Shown here: in pieces, positions 7,345 to 17,900 of the stretch
Layout: each line of letters opens with the position of its first letter
Numbering within the stretch: the first letter of the stretch is position 1
The notes under the pieces: generated by a model
The model's database searches: none
Told to the model about the DNA's origin: nothing
What the model saw: the letters and a program-made list of their open reading frames with translations, nothing else
Virus record (IMG/VR): IMGVR_UViG_3300044676_001485
Span: 1-25,282 of that record
Source of the DNA: a virus
Lineage: Duplodnaviria; Caudoviricetes
DNA length: 25,282 nt
Strand: one strand, 5' to 3'
Program-made: the position numbers and the translations under genes

Positions 7345-8979
7345 TCACACAACTTGATTGCTCACAAGATTTGGGTCGATCTCTGGCAGAGTTTCTTTTT
7401 CTTTTCTGACATTGTACTCAGTTTTTAGAGGTTCAACGACTGTCTCAACGTCGCCGCGAATTGCAAACACCAGCCAATCAAATTTGTGAGCGCAATTATT
7501 AACACATCCTTGAGTAGAGACTGTAAATCTACCATTTTCTATTGACGAAGCTGCCATGTTGCACTGCGAGCCGTCGGCTGCAATCTTTGGAGTGACAAAC
7601 ACCGTTCTGCCGTCAGCCTTTGAAGCTGCCTCAAAATATGGCGGTAGCTCAACGACAACTGACCCATTTTGAAGACTTGACGTTCCACGATACACTAGAT
7701 CGGCAGTAGGTCCTTCAGCGGCGGCATGAACCAAATAGCGGTCTTCGTCTAAAGGGTGCTGAATAACAAAGTTTTTTGTACCATAAACGTTTAAAGCGCC
7801 AGTTACTGTAACCCTAGCCGCGTAGAGCTCATCAGATAAGCTAATGTCTACACCGTAGTAATCGCTTACTCGGACAGTACTACCAAACCTATTTTGACCT
7901 ATAACGCTAGCAGTTAGCCTAGTCACTTCCGCATTGTACGTCTCAAAGTACAGACCGGCAGCGTATATTCTGCCTAGCGCACCGGAGGTGCTGCCGATGT
8001 TGATAAAAGTTTTACTGCTTCCACCCGTTGTAATCTCTAATGCTTTATCTCCTGTAATGTAGTTTGTGCCCGTGCCAGCATTAGTGTTGAACTTAAGTTG
8101 CGCACTTGATGAGGTACCAGTGGTGTTAATTAGCACCTGAGTACCAGTGATAGACACGCCGTCGCCAGTCGGATTTCCCGCAGACAATGTTGAGGTCGTA
8201 AGTGTAGCACCTGTAATTGTTCCGCCAGAAATGGTTGCACTAGAAGTTATATTACCCGAAAACGTTCCAGAGGTGGCATTTATCGCACCAGTTATAGTTG
8301 CGCTACTTGCAACGAGAGCGCCAGAGGATGAAACTCTAAACGGAGCAGAAGCGTATGTAGCAGCACCAGACCACATGTTTCCTGAAGTATCGACATGGAA
8401 CGATGTTGAGTCTGATCCACCAATATCAATAGTTCCACCAGCTACTGAACCACCGCTAACCGTTCCGCTAAAAGTTCCACTAGAACCAGTAATATCTCCA
8501 GTAAAATAAGCATTACCGCTAGAGTCAATAGCAAAATTAGTTGAGTAAATTGATCCATCGGCTAAATCTATAAATGTGCCAGCATTTGAGAAAACACCAG
8601 AGGTGTAGGAATAGTTGCTTGACTGTAATATATCACTCACTAAATTATTAGTTGTAATGGTATTAGCGGCTATCTCGGTTGTAGTAATTGAACCAGCAAT
8701 AATTTGAGTTGCATTGATAGAGTTTTCTGAAAGCTCAATACCCGCAGTTCTTAATATATCCTTAACATTATCTTCAAAGTTAATCTTATTTCTCTGCTGG
8801 GCCTGAGCACGCTCAGAGTTAGTTGGAATCAAACCTTGATCGAAGTCAAAAATTGAATATTTAGATGTATCAATTAAACTTGAGTTAGAACCATCATGAC
8901 TATGCCCACCAGCCGAGAAAAAAGCAATATTGGTCTCAGATGTTGGTGTTGTAGATGAATAACTAGATATTCTTGCCAT
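7345..8979 (-). CDS. Tail fibre / receptor-binding-like protein
   Basis: Gly/Ser/Thr-rich beta repeats (I.AG.IT...I.A..IT; SGTFSG twice) and C-terminal KNFVIQHPLD..LVH...EGP...YRG domain. TAATG coupling to the hub gene. Confidence 0.75.
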   Translation of the reverse strand: MARISSYSSTTPTSETNIAFFSAGGHSHDGSNSSLIDTSKYSIFDFDQGLIPTNSERAQAQQRNKINFEDNVKDILRTAGIELSENSINATQIIAGSITTTEIAANTITTNNLVSDILQSSNYSYTSGVFSNAGTFIDLADGSIYSTNFAIDSSGNAYFTGDITGSSGTFSGTVSGGSVAGGTIDIGGSDSTSFHVDTSGNMWSGAATYASAPFRVSSSGALVASSATITGAINATSGTFSGNITSSATISGGTITGATLTTSTLSAGNPTGDGVSITGTQVLINTTGTSSSAQLKFNTNAGTGTNYITGDKALEITTGGSSKTFINIGSTSGALGRIYAAGLYFETYNAEVTRLTASVIGQNRFGSTVRVSDYYGVDISLSDELYAARVTVTGALNVYGTKNFVIQHPLDEDRYLVHAAAEGPTADLVYRGTSSLQNGSVVVELPPYFEAASKADGRTVFVTPKIAADGSQCNMAASSIENGRFTVSTQGCVNNCAHKFDWLVFAIRGDVETVVEPLKTEYNVRKEKETLPEIDPNLVSNQVV

Positions 8980-11900
8980 TACACAACTCTCCTTAACATC
9001 ATATTCTGAGATGGCGAGTCGCTGTAAGTATACTCTTTACTAACAACCCAATAGTCCCCATTAATTATATCAAATGCATCCATGTTCGTGATGCGCAATC
9101 TATCCCCAACTTTTAAGCGTGGAGTTGGTATGCTAACAACATTAAGAATTGGAATGGGTGTGCTCATCTTATCAATGACAAAATCAGCGATCTTCTGCCC
9201 GTGATCAAACTCAGTAATAAAAATGTTTTCGATCACCACTTCTTTAAGACCATACAATCTAATATTGTCACTTAACTCTGCAACCTGTTCTTTGATCTGG
9301 CTGCTTTGATCCGACAGCAGAACAGGGATACCTGCAATAGCGGTAAAGGCAACCTTTTCAGTCAAAGGATTGGTGCCTTCAGCAAATACAATAGTATTTT
9401 TATCAACGTTTGCATTAGCAGCAATTACAAGTTCTGCTCCATAATTACCAGGAACCCACTTAAGAATGTCAATCTGATCAGGTTCTTCGAAGGCAATGCC
9501 GGTTATAAAAGGATTTTTAACTGAGAACGCAGGAGCCTTGTCGTAAGTTAGGTCCCAATATCTCGCCTCTCTGACCGGTGAATTTGCAGTGTGAGAAGCG
9601 GCGGTTGTTCCAAATTTACCTCTTTCAAGATTAGTAAAAGAGTTTGGTGTTGTGCTGGTATATCTTATAATTTCATTATCAATAACCAGATACCCCGCTT
9701 TTGAGAACGGGGGGTCGGTTGTTGTGGAAACATAAATGCTTGTATCAGATGCCGTAATTGATTCCTCCAGATTGACAACAGCAAGAGTTGTGGGGTCATC
9801 CGCCCTCCATAATGGCTGAACGCCGACGAGATTTGAGGACAGGCCAGCAATCTTTACTACGACACGATTTGCTTGAAGTTGAACATTGTACTCAGCACTA
9901 ATAATTGCATTACTATCATTAATAGACAACTGAGTATTAGCGTGCTGATCTATAGATGTCTCAAAGAATCTATAATAGTGTTCGTATCTAGCATTATTTT
10001 CTTCATCAATGTAGAATCGGCCCAGATCAGCGAGTGTGATTTGATCTATAATCTCTCTAATGCTAGTTTCATTGCCATAAAGGAATGGATATATAGTAAG
10101 TTCTTTCATTTGAGTCTCTGTGTACCTATTAGAAACTTCCGTAGAAGTTAAAGACTTTCTGTACATTAAGAACTGATCAAAGTAAATATCGCGGATTGTA
10201 GATGGAGTATTTTCACCACTCAACTCTGTAAAGCTCGCTCCTCGACCACCAAAAGTTGCATCAAGAGATGACCAGTCTTCAATTGCTCCCGAAAGCGTAG
10301 TTGAATCCTCCAGTTCCCCGTTAACATAGTAAGAAAGAGTTGTGCCATCATAGGTAACTATTAAATGAGACCAGTCTGTTGTTGACAAAGCGGTTGCAGA
10401 AGAAACACTTTCAGTACCCGAAGAAGTTATTAACTTAAATCCATTGGAAGATGAATTTGAGTAAAACTCAAAGCCAGAAGTGGGAGCGGCGTTCGCCCAG
10501 TTGCTTAGATATTCGCCGTCACCAGAAAAAACTTCTGTCGGCTTAATGTATAATTCAAACGACCACTCCCCTGTATAGTTATTACTACTGGAGTTCATAA
10601 CATTCCAAGAGGAGTGATATGGGAGCCTGATATATTTAGTTCCTCCTAATAAAGCAGAAAAGTTTTCTGAGATTGAAGTCATTCCGCCACTTAAGCCTAT
10701 GTCTCCACCACCAAGATACAAAGCGTAATTTGACTGCTTGTTTCGGTCAGGAGTTGGGTTTCCGCTTGTTAGTTTATTGAAACTTGCATCTCTTGAACCA
10801 ATCTTATCAAGCACAGCCACAGTCTTAAAATCTGATGCATAAAGGTCTGCTAGTGATCCGCCGTCAAGTTGGTATTGAAGGAGCATTGTAAAATCTTCTC
10901 CTGTCACATACGATTTCGTATGAAACATTTCTATTCTTATCTTGTACGGTTTCCCCGCAGTTAGGTTGACAAGTTCTGATTGAACGGTTTCTGGGGTTGC
11001 CGGATTGGTTACATGATTTCTCCACTCGTTCATGATCAGGTTTTCTTCAAGGAAGACACGAACACCACCATGAGCAATGTCAATAGAAATGACCTGATCG
11101 CCTGATTCAATTGGAATATAGAACCCATCAAAAACCCCGTTGTAGTAGGTGTCTACAGTTTCACCAGCATTGTTTGTAAAAGTAAAGTTTTGTAAATCAA
11201 TTGCTAGCGTTGTGTTGCTTGAGATGTCAGATGAGTTGTCAACAAAGTCAGGAGAAATAAAAGACTTTTCACCGAGAGCTTTTTCTAACTGCGTAAGCTT
11301 TCTGTCAAGAGCATCTGCTTTTATATCTTTAACCTGATTAAGAGCATTTGAAGGCATCGCAAAAAATCTAGATCTGAAACCATCAGATACTGTTATAGTA
11401 TTGTTTGCTCTATCTCTGGTTTCTTCGTTAAAATCAAAATGTAAAACCGCATCTTTTTTACCAGCAGTAATATCAAATCTGTTTAAATTATCAATATTGC
11501 CTTTCGGGAAGTTTGATATCATTAACAAGTTTTCACAAGCATCTGGCACGGTTGTTTTAGTCAAAAAGAATCCTTTAGATACGATTTTCTCTGACATAAA
11601 CTTAGACCAGTCCATAGCCGACATAGAGACCGCCATAGAGTCACTAGATGAACCCCATTCATCAACGTATGCTTCCATATAAGCGGGGTACTCAAAAGTA
11701 TCAAACCTTACCGTAGTCCCAACAGAGTGTGCTCTAGCAGTGGTGTTATCAAAACCTCTTTGTGAGACATTCAGGGTATAAGTCCCTGTCGTGGATGAAC
11801 ACAAAATCTTTTCTTCATAGATGCTGTCTGGGTTTATAACCATAACAAAATAGTTGCCTACACCGCCATCGGGAAGGTCGTCAACATTGCTTACAGTTAT

Positions 11901-12878
11901 AGTGGTATCAGACGCAGAAATGTTTGCTGATAACTCTTTATCCACGTATTGACCGGAATACTTCTGAATTTGCCACCCAGTGGTTGCATACACCTTAAGG
12001 TCTTTTTTCATAAGCGGGCCATACGTGCCAGCATTGCCAATAAGGTTAAACTTTTTTTCTGTATTGTCTAGGTTAACATTGAGAGTGCCAGAGCTAGTTC
12101 CAGCAATGGGAAGACTGGTTTCATGCAAATCTCTTGTCTTAGTAGCAGAGTAATCAATTACATAATCAGAAATATCATTCTTTAAAAGAATATTTAACTC
12201 TTGGACTCTGGCGTAGTCTTCTGGATTTTTAGTAGAAATAATTTCAAGTTCAACCCTGTATATTGTCTGAGTAGAGTCGTCGCTTACTATTCTGTGGTCT
12301 CGATAATAGTAGCCATCAGATATGGTCCCCACTTCACTGTAAACAGGGTCAGGAGCGCCAGCATCGTTGCTTCTTACAGTAATTCTGTAAGTGTCTATTT
12401 GTCCATAATATTCAGAAGTTACAACCCTAATAATATTGCATTTTCTAGAGTCAAATTCAAAGGAAACAGTTGGATTTGAAGAGAACCCATAACCAGAATA
12501 CGTGCTGTGAGGGGTTGCGGTAGAAGTGGAACCTGACCACCATCCAAACTCGTAGTTATCACTGTTGTCTGATGGCATTGCGTACCAGTTACCATCCGCT
12601 TTAATAACTTTTCCGTTTACATCTTTAGCTCCAGCAACCCCCCAAGTGTATGATTGCCTCTCAATCCCGTTTACCGCTTGTTTTGGTGCAAAAAAATAGC
12701 CGATTTCACCTTGAGTCGTATTTGCATGTGGATCATCTGTAGAGGCTGTAAGCGTAGTTAAGTGACGACTATCCATCCAGTCAATAACAACTTTAGGCTT
12801 TAGCCTCTGCGCGGCAGATGTTGTCTTAGAATTAAACGTAGAACTTAAAGTGTTGTTATTAATATCTTTAGCTATCAT
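8979..12878 (-). CDS. Large tail-tip/baseplate hub protein with PA14-like and LamG/ConA-like domains
   Basis: Third gene after the tape measure. PA14-like GFYIP..SG....I....GGVRVFL...LI.NEW...LTAGKPYKIRIE, and LamG-like WSFELYIKP...WSHLIVTYDG...YVNG...FDQ. Confidence 0.8.
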   Translation of the reverse strand: MIAKDINNNTLSSTFNSKTTSAAQRLKPKVVIDWMDSRHLTTLTASTDDPHANTTQGEIGYFFAPKQAVNGIERQSYTWGVAGAKDVNGKVIKADGNWYAMPSDNSDNYEFGWWSGSTSTATPHSTYSGYGFSSNPTVSFEFDSRKCNIIRVVTSEYYGQIDTYRITVRSNDAGAPDPVYSEVGTISDGYYYRDHRIVSDDSTQTIYRVELEIISTKNPEDYARVQELNILLKNDISDYVIDYSATKTRDLHETSLPIAGTSSGTLNVNLDNTEKKFNLIGNAGTYGPLMKKDLKVYATTGWQIQKYSGQYVDKELSANISASDTTITVSNVDDLPDGGVGNYFVMVINPDSIYEEKILCSSTTGTYTLNVSQRGFDNTTARAHSVGTTVRFDTFEYPAYMEAYVDEWGSSSDSMAVSMSAMDWSKFMSEKIVSKGFFLTKTTVPDACENLLMISNFPKGNIDNLNRFDITAGKKDAVLHFDFNEETRDRANNTITVSDGFRSRFFAMPSNALNQVKDIKADALDRKLTQLEKALGEKSFISPDFVDNSSDISSNTTLAIDLQNFTFTNNAGETVDTYYNGVFDGFYIPIESGDQVISIDIAHGGVRVFLEENLIMNEWRNHVTNPATPETVQSELVNLTAGKPYKIRIEMFHTKSYVTGEDFTMLLQYQLDGGSLADLYASDFKTVAVLDKIGSRDASFNKLTSGNPTPDRNKQSNYALYLGGGDIGLSGGMTSISENFSALLGGTKYIRLPYHSSWNVMNSSSNNYTGEWSFELYIKPTEVFSGDGEYLSNWANAAPTSGFEFYSNSSSNGFKLITSSGTESVSSATALSTTDWSHLIVTYDGTTLSYYVNGELEDSTTLSGAIEDWSSLDATFGGRGASFTELSGENTPSTIRDIYFDQFLMYRKSLTSTEVSNRYTETQMKELTIYPFLYGNETSIREIIDQITLADLGRFYIDEENNARYEHYYRFFETSIDQHANTQLSINDSNAIISAEYNVQLQANRVVVKIAGLSSNLVGVQPLWRADDPTTLAVVNLEESITASDTSIYVSTTTDPPFSKAGYLVIDNEIIRYTSTTPNSFTNLERGKFGTTAASHTANSPVREARYWDLTYDKAPAFSVKNPFITGIAFEEPDQIDILKWVPGNYGAELVIAANANVDKNTIVFAEGTNPLTEKVAFTAIAGIPVLLSDQSSQIKEQVAELSDNIRLYGLKEVVIENIFITEFDHGQKIADFVIDKMSTPIPILNVVSIPTPRLKVGDRLRITNMDAFDIINGDYWVVSKEYTYSDSPSQNMMLRRVV

Positions 12879-14482
12879 TACACTTCCTCAAGATCTAGGG
12901 TGCAGTCCCACAAATACATGCCAGTCTCAACCTCTCTACGAATCAAAGTTTCATTATAATTTTTGACTATAACATTATACTCTGTTTCTGTATACGGAGT
13001 TGTGCCATCCGAGTCCATTTCTAAGAACTTGAGAATGTGAACATCTGGATCAGATGCTATCTCTCTAATCTTATCGCGACCAAACTTTAGATCCACAGTC
13101 TGATCTCTCTTACTTGGTAAATTGCTCCAATTTATAGAAAAAGTCTTTCTAGGAGATGCTGTCCTATAATATCTAGACCTAGCTGAAGCCCAGTTTTTAT
13201 TTTCAATAAATGAATCAACAAGAGTAATGCTTGATTGCCTATTGTGTTCAGTCAATGGTTTGCCATCGAGGACAAGAAGTGGCCTAATTTGCTGAGTATC
13301 TTCTGTGATTGCTGGGCTAAACCTAATCGCGCTAACTGACAACACAGAAGCAGCACCGGTAGGCTGAGGACTAATAAATAGGATTTCTTGTCCTACAGTT
13401 ACAGTAATAACAAGACCAGATACCGAAACGCTAGCAAATAGTATTTCTGTACCTGTTGCTGTTACATCTGATGTGATATCAGATTCAGCTTGAGCGTAAG
13501 CGATCTTAAATGCTGTAGTGATTGCTTCACTAGATATTACAATTCCAGAAGATGCAAAAGCAATCCTTGACGAGACCGCCGAAGAATCAGACTCAACAAC
13601 TATATCTGAAGAAGCAAAAAGTATTTCAAGAGCAGAGGCTTGAACGTCCGACTCAAACGATACAGAAGGAGTTATAATCCCGACTCTTGTGCTATCACTT
13701 GAAGCCGACAAATCACCAGAAGTTGAGGTTGAAGCAAAGAGTATCTCAAGAGCCGTGATGGAGGCATCTACGGAAGAACTTGTAGAACTTTGAGCGTTCA
13801 GAATTTCTGTAGCGGTTGCAGTCAAATCCGATTCAGAAGTTGAACTAGACGAAGCATAGACTTCTTTGAGAGCGGATACAGTGAGGCTTACGCTTGCGCT
13901 AGGTGCGACAAGCGCGTACAAAATTTCAGCAGCAACAGTAACAACAATTGCATTGCCGTCAAGATTTGGAGCAGCGTACTGTACCTTATGCGCTATTGCT
14001 GTCGCACTACTTTCAATAGAATTAGAAGACTGCGCATACGCAATCTTTACTCCAGAGCCAGAAGATGTTGCTTCGCCATCAAGAGATACAGTTGCAAATG
14101 TCGTCTTTTCAGCGTCTACAGATACTGTTGCTTCACCACTTAAAGACTCAGCAATTCCTGGTATCTTGAGCGCAGATACAGTAACAGTTGCCTCTCCACT
14201 TACAACAAGAAGTGCATCCTGCCTCTCAGACAGATCGGCAATAACCGTACAATCAATGCTAGGGGAAGCGGAAGCGTGAGCGATCTTTGAGGCCGACACC
14301 GAAGTTGTCGCTGTGCCTGTGCAGACAATTGTTCCAAACGGAATTTCAGTACCAGCAACCGTTACTGTTGCTTCACCAGAAACTGAAGCTTCAGCAGTGA
14401 CAATGGTTACATCGTCACCATAAAAACGAATACCAGTGACATCAAGAGTTAATGAATATGTAGGTTGACTCCATGCACTCAT
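12878..14482 (-). CDS. Minor tail protein: 20-aa repeat array plus C-terminal Dit-like domain
   Basis: About 19 tandem 20-aa units, then about 137 aa alignable by eye to the product of 14482-14901. Confidence 0.8.
   Translation of the reverse strand: MSAWSQPTYSLTLDVTGIRFYGDDVTIVTAEASVSGEATVTVAGTEIPFGTIVCTGTATTSVSASKIAHASASPSIDCTVIADLSERQDALLVVSGEATVTVSALKIPGIAESLSGEATVSVDAEKTTFATVSLDGEATSSGSGVKIAYAQSSNSIESSATAIAHKVQYAAPNLDGNAIVVTVAAEILYALVAPSASVSLTVSALKEVYASSSSTSESDLTATATEILNAQSSTSSSVDASITALEILFASTSTSGDLSASSDSTRVGIITPSVSFESDVQASALEILFASSDIVVESDSSAVSSRIAFASSGIVISSEAITTAFKIAYAQAESDITSDVTATGTEILFASVSVSGLVITVTVGQEILFISPQPTGAASVLSVSAIRFSPAITEDTQQIRPLLVLDGKPLTEHNRQSSITLVDSFIENKNWASARSRYYRTASPRKTFSINWSNLPSKRDQTVDLKFGRDKIREIASDPDVHILKFLEMDSDGTTPYTETEYNVIVKNYNETLIRREVETGMYLWDCTLDLEEV
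13321..14460 (-). repeat. Degenerate coding tandem repeat, period 60 nt (20 aa), about 19 units
   Basis: Units such as ITALEILFASTSTSGDLSAS, ASALEILFASSDIVVESDSS and ATGTEILFASVSVSGLVITV stay in register every 60 nt. Confidence 0.85.
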
Positions 14483-14901
14483 TAGACTTCCTCTATATTA
14501 AATTGTACGTCATAATAAGTACATTGTGTAGGCAGGTCCCTCCTCACAATACTCTCTGAGTATGAGCTTATGAAGCCGTAAAATTCTTTATTTGCCTCTG
14601 TTGGATCGTCCTTGTAATTAACAAGAACTTTGGGGGCAGTCCTAACAAGGTTTTCTATAAAATCTCTCGCAACCCTGCCGTCCGCAGTTTTGTCACCATT
14701 ATTAGGTAAATAATTAAATGAAAACGAAAGAGATCTCTTATTTGGTTTATAAAATCTTTTCAGTCGGCCAGCGGAAGTTTCTACATCAGAAACATTCGCT
14801 TCTTCAGCAATAGAAACAGTTCTATTATGATTAGTCAACTCTGTTCCATTTATGGACACAAAAACGGCCAGAGATGTCTGTTGGTTCTGAATAGCAGGCA
14901 T
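14482..14901 (-). CDS. Distal tail (Dit-like) minor tail protein
   Basis: 139 aa immediately after the tape measure (TAATG coupling), beta-rich, ending in NIEEV. Position and size fit Dit. Confidence 0.65.
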   Translation of the reverse strand: MPAIQNQQTSLAVFVSINGTELTNHNRTVSIAEEANVSDVETSAGRLKRFYKPNKRSLSFSFNYLPNNGDKTADGRVARDFIENLVRTAPKVLVNYKDDPTEANKEFYGFISSYSESIVRRDLPTQCTYYDVQFNIEEV

Positions 14902-17900
14902 TATCTACCTGTCCTGTAGTTGTAAGAGTTAAACACTCTTACCTCTTCGCCCCTTGACTTCTCCTTAATAGGCTTGACTTTAACATTGTAACTATCCATC
15001 ATAGTCTCAAACCATCTCTCTTCACCAATAAAGTTATCAACATAAATATTGATGTTTTCAGTCTTATTGATGGTGCTAACAGCACCCTGACCGCTCATAC
15101 CACCGGGAGTGCTGAATCTTGTATTGTTCATTACATCAAGAGCGGCACGACCCATGTTCTGAACAGCCTTAGCGCTCAATACATACTCTCCACCATGAAG
15201 CATTGCAGGTATACCAGAAGACTTAAACCCAGGCACATAGCCACCATATGCCCTTGCGATTGGTTGATATATACCTCGGACTGACGCTTTACTTGCCAAA
15301 GAAGCAGCAATGGCGTTTTGTATCATGCTCTGAGATGTTGTTCTTACAGTTTGTTGTGGAATAGCAACCTGTGCCCTCCTATTTGTCGTGTATCCCAAAG
15401 TTCCAGTACCTAGGTGACTAGAAGTGGCTCTTTCAAGTCTTTCAACTTTAGCCTTAGTTAAGTAACCAGCAATTGATGGAGTTTTAGCGGCTTCAATCGC
15501 ATAAAGTCTTGCTGCCTCCTCAGCAACTTGAGCGGGAGTTTTGATCTGCACCGGAGTTGACCCACCACCAGTACCAGCAGCAGAACCGCCCCCAGCAACA
15601 GCGGCGTCTCTTTGAGCGTCAGCGGCAGCACTTGCGGCATCTCTCAGCGCCTCATAAGCAAGTTGTGATTCAAGAATCGAAGCAATCATTGGGTCCATCA
15701 TGTTACCAAGATCATCAACCTCAGACAGAATATGATCAATAGTGCCACGCCAGCCATGAAGAATGGTCTCCTCGGCAAACATGATGGCCTCAGCCAGAAC
15801 CGCTTGAGGTCCGTGATTAGCGATAACGTCAACAATGCTACCGGCCCCGACATCAAGGATCTCGCCCTTGATGCCATCAAGAACACTTACCCAATTAGTA
15901 TTAATTGTAGTATTAGAACCAATCTTATCGCCCACCATCGTGAGCATTGAAATCGTTGCACCAACTACGCTGTCTGGGTTCTCATTAAGACCATACCTCT
16001 TCTTAGCCTCATCCACAAGATCATCAAGATTATCCTCAAATACACCAACAACCTTGTTTGGCATACCTCTTCTAATCTTGTCTCGCATTTTGCTAAACGT
16101 TTTTTCAAACTCTTTAGCATTTTCATCAGAAAACTTGGTGGCTTCTTTCTTGAGTTCATCAAGTTGCTCTTCATAGTCATTAATCGTCTGAGGAGCAAAC
16201 TTTGTTATTTCTTTAGAAGCATCCTTAAACGCTTTAATTTGTTCCTTAAAGAAATCATCGGCTTCCTTGCGAGCCTCCTTGATTTGGTCCTTCAAAAACT
16301 CAAGGTTTTCTTTTCTAAGTTCTTTATTTCTCTCTGCATTAATTTCTTCAAGACTTTGTGCTGACTCTCTGGACGATTTCTGCTCCTCGAGGTCAAGCAT
16401 ACGAGCGTCATCAATACGCCCCTCGTAAATAGCTAGGGCGCGATTACGAACGTAATTCTGCCTATTGAGTTCACGCTCATCAAGAATCTTCTTTCTATTA
16501 GCAATAAACTCCCTCTGCTTCATCAGGGATTCTTCAGCCTTACCAAGTTTGTCAATCGTTTCAATCTGATCCTCAAAAACCTTCAAAGCAGCATCTCTTT
16601 GAGATTCAAGAGCATCAGTCAATTCTGAAGTAACGTCTGAAATCTCAGACTTAAGAAAATCACCAACAAGATCCACAAACTTCTGCCTCAAATCCTTGAG
16701 GGCTTCTGCAAACTTCTCAGCAAAATTCTCACCGGCCTCTTCACCAGCATTGTTGCTGGTCTCAATTGTCGGCTCAAACATCTCGTCTGGATCAATTGTT
16801 TCAGCAACTTCTTCTGTAATAGAGTCACCCATTCTACGAGCAATCGGGGTCGGCTCAAAGTCTTTAAGTTTATCCATAACAACATCTTTAATGTCGTCAA
16901 CAAACTTATCAAACTGCTCAGGAGCACCTTTAAGTTTTTCACCAATAGTCGCAGACAGATTCTCACCAAAGTCTCTAATCTTTGATGTATCAATTGTAGA
17001 TATAATTCCAATAAGTTCACCAAGACCGGCATCAAGGGCATTAACACCCATCATCAACCCAGAAGTAATTGTTTCACCAACAAACTGAATTCCATCACCA
17101 AGCTTGTCTAGACCAGACATGGTAAAGCCTATAATGCTTCCAATAATACCTAAATCTTCAACTTTATCTTTCACCCAGTCCGTAAACATTGTAGTAATTT
17201 TATTTAAAACTTTACCTACAAAACCAGGCAGATTAGCGAACAGTTTTCCTATTCCAATAATCAAGAACTTGAAAATTCTTAGGGCAGTGGGTAAGAACTC
17301 TAAGAATAGCGCAACAAGGTGACCAAGAATAGTTGGAGTATACTCCACTAGTTTCAACAGAAGCTTGAACGCGACCTTGACCAAACTTGCAAAGATATTT
17401 ACAAGAGCCGGAGCAATCGTGCCCATAAAGAACTCAACAATGCCTCTACCGACCTTTTTCAAAGCCTCTTTCATTCTGTCACCGGCTCCGGCGACACCGT
17501 TCTTCATATCAATTGCTGCTTTAACAATACCCTTAAAGCCGTTAACCAAAGTCAAAACAGAACCCATAGCTTTTCTAAGGAATGGAGCGATGTACTTCTC
17601 TACAAAATCTTTAACATGCCTAGACGCTATAGCAACAAATCTGGCGACCTTATTAAACACAGATGCCACCTGATCAACCTTGTCTGCGCTGCTTGAGGTA
17701 CCGCCAATAAAGTGAAAAAGATCTTTAAACGGAGAAATGATTGCAGCAAGTATACCTTTCAAACTAGCAAAAGCATATTGAATCGAACCAATCGCCGGTT
17801 CAATCTTTTCTTTAAACAAACTAAAGTTATCAATGATTGCTTTAATGTAAGGCCCCAACGCCACTAAGGCACCAATAAGAACACCACCAGTGAAGATACC

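Noticed and set aside
8893-8910. HxH motif (GGHSHDG) as an iron-binding fibre tip
   Set aside because: A single N-terminal copy, unlike the repeated distal HxH motifs of T4 gp37. Too weak to claim.
6307-12878. Diversity-generating retroelement or invertible tail-fibre cassette
   Set aside because: No reverse transcriptase or invertase, and no template/variable repeat pair seen by eye.
13321-14460. 60-nt periodicity as a CRISPR array or DNA-level repeat
   Set aside because: There is no identical repeat/unique spacer structure. Conservation is at the amino-acid level within an open frame.
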